NCBI GenBank assembly: GCA_047627515.1 | Contig: JBLHTU010000001.1 | Coordinates: 11,883 to 75,882 of the forward strand | Direction of reading: 5' to 3' | Length of the DNA stretch: 64,000 nt | Origin: Cyclobacteriaceae bacterium | GTDB taxonomy: Bacteria; Bacteroidota; Bacteroidia; Cytophagales; Cyclobacteriaceae | Shown: positions 1 to 9,578 of the stretch, piece after piece | Position numbering within the stretch: position 1 is the first letter of the stretch | Layout: every line of letters begins with the position of its first letter | Translations under genes and position numbers: made by a program | The notes under the pieces: model-generated | Database searches by the model: none | The model's input: only the letters and a program-made list of their open reading frames with translations | Told to the model about the DNA's origin: nothing

Positions 1-542
1 CTTCATCTTTGGTCAGCGATGACCCGATTGCTGCATTTGCTATTGCGCGCAATCTGCAACTCTATCGTGGGAGTTTAGAAAATGTAAGTGAACGATTTTT
101 AAGATGCGCCGAAACCTTTAACCTTGACTATGCTGTTCGAGTAAATGGTGACAATGTCTTTGTGGATCCTGACTTGATTGATCAGGCAATAGATATTGCA
201 ATAGCAGATGATCTCGATTTTGTAAGTAATGTAAAAGACAGAACCTACCCTACCGGAATGAGTGTAGAAGTGGTCAAAAAAGACTACTATGCAAAAATGA
301 TAAAGCAGTTTGATACAGCCGATTACAAAGAACATGTGACTTTATTTTTCTATCACAACCAAGAGTCGGGTAAAATGCGCTTTTTTCGCAATAACGAATT
401 AATGGAAGCTCAAGGACAAAAATTAGCTGTCGATACAGAAGCTGATTTTATTATTGCGGAGAAGATTATTGAAAGCATGAAGAAAGATCATCTCTCCTAT
501 GATTGGAAAGACATAGTTAAACTTAAGTTGCTACATGAATAA
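1..542 (+). CDS. acylneuraminate/CMP-sugar cytidylyltransferase family protein (SpsF-like), 5'-truncated by window edge
   Basis: The frame is open to base 1. The product is the C-terminal part of a cytidylyltransferase-like fold ('VRVNGDNVFVDPDLIDQAI', 'YPTGMSVEVV'). It overlaps the downstream NeuB-like gene by 8 nt. Confidence 0.6.
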   Translation, partial: SSLVSDDPIAAFAIARNLQLYRGSLENVSERFLRCAETFNLDYAVRVNGDNVFVDPDLIDQAIDIAIADDLDFVSNVKDRTYPTGMSVEVVKKDYYAKMIKQFDTADYKEHVTLFFYHNQESGKMRFFRNNELMEAQGQKLAVDTEADFIIAEKIIESMKKDHLSYDWKDIVKLKLLHE

Positions 543-1545
543 GTTTTGGAAAGGGAAACATGGCCCGATGCTCATTGCGGAAATCGGCGGAAATCATGAA
601 GGTAATTTTGAATACGCTAAGCGACTGACAGAATTAGCAATCGCTTCAAATGTGGACTATGTTAAATTTCAAATTTACACAGGCGACGGACTGGTGAATG
701 CTGTAGAAGGACCAGTACGCAATGAACACTTTAAAAAATTTGAGCTGGAGCCACAGCAACACATTGATCTCGCTAAAATGTGTAAAGATGCAGGTATCGG
801 TTACTTGGCTTCCGTGTGGATACCCGAAGCGATTGATTGGGTAGATCCATACAGTGATTTTTACAAGATAGGTAGTGGAGACCTTACCGCTTATCAGATG
901 ATCAAAACACTAGCAAAGACGAAGAAACCAATTTTATTATCTACTGGCTTAGCTAAAGAAGCGGAGGTATTAGACACAATTGACTTTATTAGAAAGTGTG
1001 ATGCAGTCTATCAGAATGATCAAATGATAGGCATCTTACAATGTACCAGTATGTACCCTATTCCACCGGAAGACGCAAACTTGTCTGTAATAACTCGATT
1101 GAAAGAACTTACCGGTTGCTGCGTTGGCTATTCAGACCATACTGAAGGGATGAAAGCATTAATCACATCGGTCGCAATGGGAGCTGATATGCTTGAATTC
1201 CATTTCACAGATGATCGAGCAGGTAAGACTTTTAGAGACCACAAGGTTTCACTGACAAAAGACGAAGTGCAAGTTTTAATCTCAGAGATAGATTTTATAA
1301 ATAAATTGAAGGGGGATCAGAATAAACAACCACTACCTGTGGAGGGAGATCACCTTACATCGTTTCGCAGAGCGCTGTACCCTAGTCGAGATTTGCCTGC
1401 TGGAACAAAACTTACAGAGCTAGATCTTGTCTCTATGCGTCCAAATCATGGCATCTCGGCCTCATTTTATGAAGAGCTCTTAGGGCGCACTACAAATCAA
1501 GAACTCATGAAACATCAAAAACTCACATTAGAAATGTTTGATTGA
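535..1545 (+). CDS. N-acetylneuraminate synthase family enzyme (NeuB/PseI/LegI/SpsE-like nonulosonic acid synthase)
   Basis: 336 aa. N-terminal TIM-barrel motif 'MLIAEIGGNHEGNFEYAKRL', 'YVKFQ', 'GYSDHTEG'. C-terminal SAF-like domain 'RRALYPSRDLPAGTKLTELDLVSMRP'. Confidence 0.85.
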   Translation: MNKFWKGKHGPMLIAEIGGNHEGNFEYAKRLTELAIASNVDYVKFQIYTGDGLVNAVEGPVRNEHFKKFELEPQQHIDLAKMCKDAGIGYLASVWIPEAIDWVDPYSDFYKIGSGDLTAYQMIKTLAKTKKPILLSTGLAKEAEVLDTIDFIRKCDAVYQNDQMIGILQCTSMYPIPPEDANLSVITRLKELTGCCVGYSDHTEGMKALITSVAMGADMLEFHFTDDRAGKTFRDHKVSLTKDEVQVLISEIDFINKLKGDQNKQPLPVEGDHLTSFRRALYPSRDLPAGTKLTELDLVSMRPNHGISASFYEELLGRTTNQELMKHQKLTLEMFD

Positions 1546-2177
1546 GTATGCAAAGACTTTTCCAATATTACCTAACAACTTTTAGACCCTCATGGATGGC
1601 ATTTTTGACCAAGATGGTTTACAGTGGCAAAAACCTCACATTCGGCAAAAACTTTAAGTGCGATGGTGTTCCAAGAATTCTAATAGATAAAACTGCCCAG
1701 ATAAGTTTTGGCGATGATGTCTACCTCCGGAGAAACGTAGAGGTGCGAGCGCACAAGAATGCCAATATCCAGATTGGAGATCAGGTGAGAATTGATCGAT
1801 CGGTTAGAATACTAGGCACAAACAAAGCCACTCTCACAATTGGGAATGGAGTACGTATCGGTTTAAATACGGTCTTAAATGGTGGCGATAGCATATCGAT
1901 TGGGGAGAATGTTCTGATCTCTGGATATGTCTATTTGCAAACTAGTATGCATCAGCATCAGGTTGGAACAGATATAAATCGCCAAGGCTATGATCACAAA
2001 GAGATCAAACTTGGAAAAGATGTATGGATTGGTACTCATGTAACCGTCATGCCTGGAGTGAAATTGGCCGCAGGTACGGTGGTTGGAAGTAACGCAGTGG
2101 TAACAAAATCCTCCACTATCGAAAACCTAATACTAACTGGGATTCCAGCTAAGCCCACAAAGTCAAGAGAAGTATGA
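1542..2177 (+). CDS. hexapeptide-repeat (left-handed beta-helix) acetyltransferase
   Basis: Repeated [LIV]-G-x-x-x-x hexapeptides ('IGDQVRIDRSVRILG', 'IGNGVRIGLNTVLNGGDSISIGENVLISG', 'VWIGTHVTVMPGVKLAAGTVVGSNAVV'). 4-nt overlaps with both neighbours. Confidence 0.8.
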   Translation: MSMQRLFQYYLTTFRPSWMAFLTKMVYSGKNLTFGKNFKCDGVPRILIDKTAQISFGDDVYLRRNVEVRAHKNANIQIGDQVRIDRSVRILGTNKATLTIGNGVRIGLNTVLNGGDSISIGENVLISGYVYLQTSMHQHQVGTDINRQGYDHKEIKLGKDVWIGTHVTVMPGVKLAAGTVVGSNAVVTKSSTIENLILTGIPAKPTKSREV

Positions 2178-3547
2178 ATGCACCACTTGTCACCATTTAC
2201 ATCACGAACTACAATTACGGCCAATTCATAAAAAAAGCTATTGATAGTGTACTGAATCAGACTTTTCAAGACTTTGAATTAGTAATTATTGACGACGGCT
2301 CATCTGATGACTCAAAAGAAATCATTGAAAGTTATAGTACTCTGCCGCAGGTCAGTATTATCTACCAGCAAAATAAAGGATTGAATGTCACCAATAATGT
2401 AGCACTGCGCGTAGCAAAAGGGACATTTATCATGCGATTAGATGCGGATGATTTTCTCGTACCAACTGCCGTTGAAAAAATGACTGCTTTGCTACAATCA
2501 AATAATGATTTAGGACTTGTGTTTCCAGATTACTACTATGCTGATGAAGAGGGTGCTATTATAGGAGAAGAGAAAAGACATGACTTTGATACAGAAGTCA
2601 CCTTGTATGATCAGCCTGCACATGGAGCTTGCACTTTGATCCGCCGCGAAAATCTGCTCTTCGTTGGTGGATACAATGAAAGCTATAATTGCCAAGACGG
2701 TTATGAATTATGGGTTAAGTTTATTCAGCACTTCAAAGTCTCAAATATCGCTGAGCCCCTATTTTACTATCGACAGCACGGAAGTAATCTGACCAAAAAT
2801 GAGAACAGAATTCTTGAGACAAGAGCAAAAATTAATGCCAGCTACATTGAAAAAAACAAACATCACACTGATACATTGGCGATTATACCTGTCCGTGGAG
2901 GTAGTGGAGACGCTGCATTTATTAAACTAGGAAGTCAAACATTACTAGAAAGAAAAATCCGAGTAGCTGAATCAAGCAACCATATTAAGCAAATCGTAGT
3001 AACCTCACCCGATAGGACAGTAGAACAAATAATTAAGAGTAGCTTCTCTGATAAGCAAGTATTGTTTCATCACAGAGATCAGCACATGGCTAGGCTCAAT
3101 ACGAACCTAAATCCAGTAATTGCTGACATCTTAAAGATGAGCGATTTATCGAGAAATAGCTTTCAAGCGGTTGCTCTCCTAATGGTAGAGTATCCATTCA
3201 TCACTGCGACCAAGATCGATGATGCAATCAACACAATGCTGTTATTTGGATCTGACTCTTTGATAGGTGTCAGATCAGACAATTCGGTCTTCTATCAACA
3301 CCATGGCGACGGCTTACATCCCATTCTCAACAGAGATAAATATACCAAGCTAGAACGAGAAGCATTGTTTAAACAAGTTGGCGGCATAAACGTGGTAAAG
3401 AAATCCATCTTTGATCAAAAGAATGAAGTGATCACAGGGAAAATAGGACATATGGTGATTGATCAAATCACCTCACTAGGGATATTTAGTGATTTTGATT
3501 TGACCATTGCAAATCATGTGCTATCTGGTCAATCACTAGCAACTTAG
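2174..3547 (+). CDS. fusion protein: N-terminal family-2 glycosyltransferase + C-terminal cytidylyltransferase-like domain
   Basis: 457 aa. GT2 motifs are 'VTIYITNYNYGQFIKKAIDSVLNQTFQDFELVIIDDGSSDDS' and 'RLDADD'. From about residue 235, 'LAIIPVRGGSGD...' resembles the CMP-NeuAc synthetase N-terminal 'IIPARGGSKG' motif but lacks the Lys residues. Confidence 0.7.
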   Translation: MNAPLVTIYITNYNYGQFIKKAIDSVLNQTFQDFELVIIDDGSSDDSKEIIESYSTLPQVSIIYQQNKGLNVTNNVALRVAKGTFIMRLDADDFLVPTAVEKMTALLQSNNDLGLVFPDYYYADEEGAIIGEEKRHDFDTEVTLYDQPAHGACTLIRRENLLFVGGYNESYNCQDGYELWVKFIQHFKVSNIAEPLFYYRQHGSNLTKNENRILETRAKINASYIEKNKHHTDTLAIIPVRGGSGDAAFIKLGSQTLLERKIRVAESSNHIKQIVVTSPDRTVEQIIKSSFSDKQVLFHHRDQHMARLNTNLNPVIADILKMSDLSRNSFQAVALLMVEYPFITATKIDDAINTMLLFGSDSLIGVRSDNSVFYQHHGDGLHPILNRDKYTKLEREALFKQVGGINVVKKSIFDQKNEVITGKIGHMVIDQITSLGIFSDFDLTIANHVLSGQSLAT

Positions 3548-3749
3548 CAACCTTGAACCTAGAGATTAAAAAACCACTTCTAAATGATCCCTTTTTTCTG
3601 CACAAAACTGCTTATCAGATAATTACAAACGATTGTGCAACCAATATTACCAAGGTGCTCCGTCAGGGTTTCTTTTAAGTCAATATTTTACCTTTATTTG
3701 CCACAGCAAAGAGACCGTCAACCCGACCTAAAAAATTGACAGAACTATT

Positions 3750-4721
3750 ATGAAGAGTATTGGTGTATTTACATCTGGTGGTGATGCACCAGGCATGAAT
3801 GCCTGTGTGAGGTCTGTTGTTAGAAACGCACTATATCTGGGTATCGATGTGTACGGCATTAAGTACGGATACAATGGTATGATTGAAGGTGACATCTATA
3901 AAATGAAGTCTTACTCAGTCAGCAATATTGTACAACGCGGGGGTACCATATTAAAATCAGCCCGAAGTAAGGAATTTATGACCAAAGAAGGTCGGAAAAA
4001 AGCTTACGAACAACTGCAAAAAAGAGGAATAGAAGGATTGATTGCTGTTGGTGGAGATGGGACCTTTACAGGAGCCAATATATTTTTCGAGGAGTATGGA
4101 ATACCAATCGTCGGCGCACCTGGTACAATAGATAATGACTTGTATGGTTCTGACTATACCATAGGCTTTGATACAGCAGTCAATACAGCCCTCGATGCAA
4201 TAGACAAAATACGCGATACTGCGAACTCCCATGATAGGGTCTTTTTCGTAGAAGTCATGGGAAGACATTCTGGGTACATCGCTATACACTGCGGAATAGG
4301 CGGTGGTGCGGAGCTTGTAATGGTACCTGAGACGTCCACGACGATTAACGATGTGATTAATACCTTGAAGGAAGGTCGGGATAGACAAAAGACGTCTTCT
4401 CTAGTCATTGTAGCAGAAGGTGGAGAGCAGGGCAACGCACATCAAATCGCCAATAAAGCAATGAAAGAACTCCCTGATCTAGATATTAGAGTATCGACAT
4501 TGGGCCATATTCAACGAGGAGGATCCCCTACTTCATTTGACAGAATACTTGCTTCTAGATTAGGAATGGCGGCAGTCGAAGGATTGATCAACGGAGAGAA
4601 AAATGTAATGGTTGGGGTCATCAATGACAAAATCACCTACACTAGTTTCAAGCTTGCTATCTCTAAATCCAAGCCACTCAATGAAGACCTAATGAGAATG
4701 GTCAATATTCTGAGTATCTAA
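3750..4721 (+). CDS. pfkA: ATP-dependent 6-phosphofructokinase
   Basis: 323 aa with 'IGVFTSGGDAPGMNA', 'GGDGT', 'PGTIDNDL', 'MGRHSG', 'GHIQRGG'. Confidence 0.95.
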   Translation: MKSIGVFTSGGDAPGMNACVRSVVRNALYLGIDVYGIKYGYNGMIEGDIYKMKSYSVSNIVQRGGTILKSARSKEFMTKEGRKKAYEQLQKRGIEGLIAVGGDGTFTGANIFFEEYGIPIVGAPGTIDNDLYGSDYTIGFDTAVNTALDAIDKIRDTANSHDRVFFVEVMGRHSGYIAIHCGIGGGAELVMVPETSTTINDVINTLKEGRDRQKTSSLVIVAEGGEQGNAHQIANKAMKELPDLDIRVSTLGHIQRGGSPTSFDRILASRLGMAAVEGLINGEKNVMVGVINDKITYTSFKLAISKSKPLNEDLMRMVNILSI

Positions 4722-4722
4722 G

Positions 4723-5652
4723 TCAAAGCTTTTCAGCCAAAAAATTCTGTACTTCTGCTAACAGTACATGTTGATTATTATTGGTAAACCAGGTAATTGA
4801 TGGGTCCTTTTTAAACCAAGTCATCTGTCGTTTGGCATAGCGCCTGCTGTTTCTTTTCAATAACCTTATCGCTTCTTCCTTATCATAAGCTTGATCAAGA
4901 TAACCGTGAATTTCCTGATAACCCACGGTCTGAAGTGCATTCAGATGCCTTTGAGGGTACAACTTCGTTGCTTCCTCAAATAAACCGCGATCAATCATTT
5001 GGTCCATTCGGCGATCAATTCGCTCAAACAGCAATGACCTATCTAACTCCAAACCAATATTTATGCAATTGAAAGGGCGGTCTTGCACCGACTCTTCTTG
5101 TTTCCGATAGTGGCTATAGGTGTTACCGCTCGAGCGTATGATTTCTAATGCCCGAATTAACCTCATCGGGTTTGCCTGATCTACCACGTCAAAGTAAGCT
5201 GGGTCCCTATCTTTCAGTTCTTGCTGCAAATTTCCAATCCCCTCTGTCTCAAACTGATGATTTAATTCTTGTCGGAAAGAAGAATCAATTCCTGGCATAT
5301 CATCCATACCTTGCCATATGGCTTTACAATACAAGCCTGACCCTCCAACCAGTAATATATTTTTTTGCTTTAGAAATAACTCATCTAACAGCTGTAGTGC
5401 ATCTCTTTCATACTGACCTGCATTGTAGGACTCATTAATCGAAAGTGTATCTATGAAATAATGCTTGGCTTTAGACATTTCATCCGTGCTCGGCTTGGCC
5501 GTACCGAGCTTCATTTCTCGATAAAATTGCCGAGAATCAGCAGAGATTATCACAGTTTCTAGTTTTTGCGCAAGCGATACAGCCAACGCGGTCTTGCCAA
5601 CTGCTGTTGGTCCGACTATACTAATCAAGTTAGGCCTATGAGTCTGAATCAC
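4723..5652 (-). CDS. miaA: tRNA dimethylallyltransferase
   Basis: 309 aa. P-loop 'IVGPTAVGKTALA', 'ISADSRQFYREM', 'LVGGSGLY'. GTG start. Convergent with pfkA with a 1-nt gap. Confidence 0.92.
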   Translation of the reverse strand: MIQTHRPNLISIVGPTAVGKTALAVSLAQKLETVIISADSRQFYREMKLGTAKPSTDEMSKAKHYFIDTLSINESYNAGQYERDALQLLDELFLKQKNILLVGGSGLYCKAIWQGMDDMPGIDSSFRQELNHQFETEGIGNLQQELKDRDPAYFDVVDQANPMRLIRALEIIRSSGNTYSHYRKQEESVQDRPFNCINIGLELDRSLLFERIDRRMDQMIDRGLFEEATKLYPQRHLNALQTVGYQEIHGYLDQAYDKEEAIRLLKRNSRRYAKRQMTWFKKDPSITWFTNNNQHVLLAEVQNFLAEKL

Positions 5653-5684
5653 TAATCATACATTTATTGCTTAAATTTAATCCA

Positions 5685-8600
5685 ATGGATTCGGTAGAAG
5701 AAGAATTAAGTAAACTCAAAGAAAAGGTAGCCGGACTGGAGCAGCAGATCAATAAAAAAGATCAAGACTTCAAAGTACTATTTGACAAAACCAACTCTTA
5801 CGTATCGACCCTTTTCAACTCAAGTAATGACTTAATCCAAATCATAGCTCCAGATGGGTCTATAAAGTTCGTAAATCAGACCTGGAAGTATAAACTTGGC
5901 TACCGAGAAGAGGAGCTGGAGCAGCTAAAATTCATCGACATTGTTCATCCCGACCACAAAAAAGCATCGTTAGAAAAATTAATGCTGATCACAGCCGGTT
6001 CAGAGTCAGAACATTTAGAAACCGTTCTGATAGGTAAGTATGGAAAAAACATCTATGTCAATGGTGAAATTACATGTGTGTTTGAAAATGACCAGCCAAT
6101 CGAATATCGGTGCCTCCTATACGATATAACTGAGCGTGCCCGTGCAGAGAGTGCTCAAAGTCTCTATTATAAAATAGCGCACTACACGCACCAAGGAGAA
6201 ACCCTTGAATTGCTCTATCAGCAAATATTTAATGAACTATCAAGTCACTTGCAGGTCAGAAACTTTTCGATCGTTCTCTTCCAAGATGAACACTTGTCGT
6301 ATCCGATCAGGATCATTGACCGCAAAGCCTATTCACAAGAAGTGGATGATCTGTTATCAGCCTATACACTTGAGCGAAAAAAACCACTGATCGTTTACCA
6401 AGACGGAATCAAAAAAATTTCAGAACAACATCAGCAAAAAATATCTGGGGAGCTTCCCAAAATCTGGTTAGGCGTACCCTTTGAGCAAGAAGAAGTGAAA
6501 GGCGTGATGATGATGTACTCTTTTCGTGATCAGACAGCTTTTAACCACAAAGATCTAGAGTTATTGGACTTTATCTCGGGTATGGTTGCCTTGGCGTTGG
6601 AGCGGACCTTCAATAAGCAGAAAATTAAGCTACAAGGGGCACGCTTGATAGCTCTCTTCGAAAGTAGCACACATCAGATATGGTCAATTGACCGCTCGTT
6701 TAGCTTTACGTCCTTCAATGAAAATTATGCTCGGTCATTCTTTGACTATTTTGGCAAAAGACCAGAATTAGGCATGAGCCTAAAAGACAGTTATCAGCAG
6801 CTGTATGATGATCAGATGCAAGTATTCTGGCTTGAAAAGTACAAGGAAGCGTACCAAGGAAAGAATCTAAACTTTGAGACAAGAATAAAGAACGCCAATA
6901 ATGAGACCGTATGGCGTGAGGTATTTATCAACCCAATTGTGCAAGAGAATGGCCGCATAGATGAAGTATCGGTCATCGCAAATGATATCACTGAAAAGTA
7001 TCAAGCCAGCTTGGCTTTAAAAGACAGTGAAGAGAAATTCAGAAATATTTTTGAGTCATTTCAGGATATCTATTTTAGATGCAACCTCGATGGCGAAATC
7101 ACCATGGTGAGTCCATCCGTTAGAGAAGTGTTAGGGTACGAACCAGCTAACGTCCTAGGACAAAATATAGCAGGGTTTTTTATCTCTAAAGAAACAAACG
7201 ATTCCTTACTCAAAAAGCTATATCAACAAAGTAGCATAAAAAACTTTGAGGGGGCAACAAAAACGAGCAATGGCGAACATATTGATTTCTTATGTAATGT
7301 AAGATTGATCCGCAACCCATGGGACCAAGGTGGCGAAATAGAAGGTGTGGCAAGAGATATTTCGCGTCTGAAGCGCGCCAATAGCGAAATTATTCAAGCA
7401 AAAGATATGGCTGAAAGATCGCTTAAAATCAAAGAACGATTTTTGGCTAATATGAGTCATGAGATCAGAACACCGATGAATGGCATCATCGGCATGATAG
7501 ACTTGCTAGGTGCTACCCCACTTAATGATGAGCAATCCGAATACATAAGGACCATAAAAAAATCGTCGGATACTCTATTGGAGATACTTAATGATATACT
7601 TGATCTGTCCAAAATAGAGGCTGGTAAGATGAGATTGAAGCTGAAACCAGTGAAACTTATCGATACAATAGAGAAGGTCTACGATTTATACTCTCAACAG
7701 GCTTATAAAAATAATACCAGTCTGTACTATCACATAGATGATACGCTACCCGAATACGTATCTGCAGATGAAACTCGACTCTTGCAAGTCATTTCCAACC
7801 TCACGTCTAATGCGATTAAATTTTCTCAAAAGAAAGGGATCATCAATATAGGAATACGCGTCATCGACCATAAAAAAAACAACTTCACATTTCGAGTTGC
7901 CGTCAAAGACAGTGGAATTGGTATTCACCCTGATGATCAAAAGAAGTTATTTGTTTCGTTCAATCAATTAGATAGCTCGAACAAAAAGCAATTTGCTGGA
8001 ACAGGGCTAGGGTTAGCTATCTCAAAAGAATTGGTAAAATCAATGAATGGCGAAATCGGCGTGGTTTCAACTCCTGGTTTTGGCAGCACTTTCTGGTTCA
8101 CTTTTGACGCATCAAAGACAGAAAAGCCTGCTCAGGAAGAAAGGGAAATCTTGTCTTTCAATGACGACCATTTCTCAGAACATCCGCCCAAAATTCTGCT
8201 GGTAGACGACAATGATATCAACAGAAAAGTTGCTGGCAGAATACTATCAATATCTGGTTGTATTGTCGAAGAAGCCAGCTCAGGACCTGTTGCTGTCAAA
8301 CTGGCTTCAGAGCAACCTTTTGACTTGATATTCATGGATATTCAAATGCCAGAGATGGATGGGCTAGAAACTACAGAAATAATACGGAGCCTTCCATTAG
8401 AGAGAGTCCCTCCTATAATAGCTATGACTGCCTACTCAATGGAAGAAGACAAAGAGAAATTTATAAGTCAGGGCATGGATGATTATCTACCTAAACCCAT
8501 AAAATCTCATCTTCTGATCGAAAAAGTCAAACAATGGACTAAATCTAACCTAGAGGTCGTAGATAGCTCTGTGTTTGAAGAGAAAGCGCAAGAATTGATC

Positions 8601-8936
8601 ATCAACCAAAATACACTTAACCAATTGCATAAATATGGAGGTAAAGAACTAATTGTTAGTGTCTTAGAAGACTTCAAAAAAGAAGCGATAGAGCAAGTCA
8701 ATGAATCCCTACACGCTATCAAATCAGAAGATTACAATGCCATTAACCGTTTAATGCATACACTAAAAGGTAATGCAGGTACCTTGGGAATAGAGAAAGT
8801 CTCAAAACAAGCAGATACCATCGAAAAGAAGATTAAAGAGAATAAATTTAGTAAGATTGCAAGAGAGTTGAATAAGTTAACGACAGCGCTAGATGAATTC
8901 ATTGACAGCTATAAAAACATAATTAAAAATGAGTAA
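5685..8936 (+). CDS. cytoplasmic multi-PAS/GAF hybrid sensor histidine kinase (HisKA-HATPase-REC-Hpt)
   Basis: H-box 'MSHEIRTPMNG', N-box 'LLQVISNLTSNAIKFS', G-box 'GTGLGLAISKELV', REC 'ILLVDDNDINRKV...DLIFMDIQMPEMDG', Hpt 'HTLKGNAGTLG'. Several PAS-like blocks and no obvious TM segment. I prefer the ATG at 5685 to the TTG at 5667 given in the track. Confidence 0.9.
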   Translation: MDSVEEELSKLKEKVAGLEQQINKKDQDFKVLFDKTNSYVSTLFNSSNDLIQIIAPDGSIKFVNQTWKYKLGYREEELEQLKFIDIVHPDHKKASLEKLMLITAGSESEHLETVLIGKYGKNIYVNGEITCVFENDQPIEYRCLLYDITERARAESAQSLYYKIAHYTHQGETLELLYQQIFNELSSHLQVRNFSIVLFQDEHLSYPIRIIDRKAYSQEVDDLLSAYTLERKKPLIVYQDGIKKISEQHQQKISGELPKIWLGVPFEQEEVKGVMMMYSFRDQTAFNHKDLELLDFISGMVALALERTFNKQKIKLQGARLIALFESSTHQIWSIDRSFSFTSFNENYARSFFDYFGKRPELGMSLKDSYQQLYDDQMQVFWLEKYKEAYQGKNLNFETRIKNANNETVWREVFINPIVQENGRIDEVSVIANDITEKYQASLALKDSEEKFRNIFESFQDIYFRCNLDGEITMVSPSVREVLGYEPANVLGQNIAGFFISKETNDSLLKKLYQQSSIKNFEGATKTSNGEHIDFLCNVRLIRNPWDQGGEIEGVARDISRLKRANSEIIQAKDMAERSLKIKERFLANMSHEIRTPMNGIIGMIDLLGATPLNDEQSEYIRTIKKSSDTLLEILNDILDLSKIEAGKMRLKLKPVKLIDTIEKVYDLYSQQAYKNNTSLYYHIDDTLPEYVSADETRLLQVISNLTSNAIKFSQKKGIINIGIRVIDHKKNNFTFRVAVKDSGIGIHPDDQKKLFVSFNQLDSSNKKQFAGTGLGLAISKELVKSMNGEIGVVSTPGFGSTFWFTFDASKTEKPAQEEREILSFNDDHFSEHPPKILLVDDNDINRKVAGRILSISGCIVEEASSGPVAVKLASEQPFDLIFMDIQMPEMDGLETTEIIRSLPLERVPPIIAMTAYSMEEDKEKFISQGMDDYLPKPIKSHLLIEKVKQWTKSNLEVVDSSVFEEKAQELIINQNTLNQLHKYGGKELIVSVLEDFKKEAIEQVNESLHAIKSEDYNAINRLMHTLKGNAGTLGIEKVSKQADTIEKKIKENKFSKIARELNKLTTALDEFIDSYKNIIKNE

Positions 8937-9303
8937 AAAGATAATTATTGCTGAAGACAGTTCCGTGATTCAAAATCTAACAAAGAGAATACTTTCCATT
9001 CAGAGTTATGAGATCGTATCTGTCAAAAATGGACAAGAGGTACTGAAAAAATTAGAAGAAGATATCTTTGATTTAGTGCTGCTGGATATCAATATGCCAG
9101 TAATGGATGGCGTAGAGTGTGCAAAACGTATTCGTGAGAGCTCAAATGAAAACATTAAGAACATACCAATTATTGCTATCTCAGGAAATGCTCGAAATTA
9201 TTCCATGGATGATTTTAAAGCAATGGGAATCAATGACTACTTACCTAAACCTCTAGATTACGATCAGATGGTTGAAAAAGTCCACCAGTATACTAACAAC
9301 TAA
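8929..9303 (+). CDS. single-domain response regulator (REC only)
   Basis: 124 aa with 'IIIAEDSSVIQ', 'DLVLLDINMPVMDG', 'IIAISGNA', 'YLPKP'. Overlaps the kinase gene by 8 nt. Confidence 0.9.
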   Translation: MSKKIIIAEDSSVIQNLTKRILSIQSYEIVSVKNGQEVLKKLEEDIFDLVLLDINMPVMDGVECAKRIRESSNENIKNIPIIAISGNARNYSMDDFKAMGINDYLPKPLDYDQMVEKVHQYTNN

Positions 9304-9578
9304 TGACTATAAAGTACACCTCTAATTTTCTGAATAAACTCGAAGATATTTTCGCGGAAACAGACTATATGCTGAGGTACGAAAAAGGTAAATTTAATAG
9401 TGGATACTGTATTCTTAGAGATACTAAAATTGTCATTGTCAACAAGTACTTTCCATTAGAAGGAAAAATTAACAGCCTTGTTGACATTCTCAAAATGTTA
9501 GACTTGGACCGTTCCAAAATCAGTGATAAAAACAGACAGCTTCTTGATCAAATCAACCAAAATCAATTACAGCTTTGA
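9303..9578 (+). CDS. hypothetical protein (91 aa), translationally coupled on both sides
   Basis: Its ATG shares 1 nt with the REC stop codon (TAATG), and its stop overlaps the TTG start of the next gene. No motif recognised. Confidence 0.5.
   Translation: MTIKYTSNFLNKLEDIFAETDYMLRYEKGKFNSGYCILRDTKIVIVNKYFPLEGKINSLVDILKMLDLDRSKISDKNRQLLDQINQNQLQL

Noticed and set aside
3957-4435. 143-aa and 93-aa ORFs antisense to pfkA
   Set aside because: Both lie fully within a strongly supported conserved gene on the other strand and have no motif of their own. The same reasoning applies to the antisense ORFs at 5148-5438, 12730-12921, 13938-14342, 27877-28306, 33375-33803, 46311-46937, 48691-49018, 53033-53446, 54252-54661, 55005-56396 and 63083-63970.
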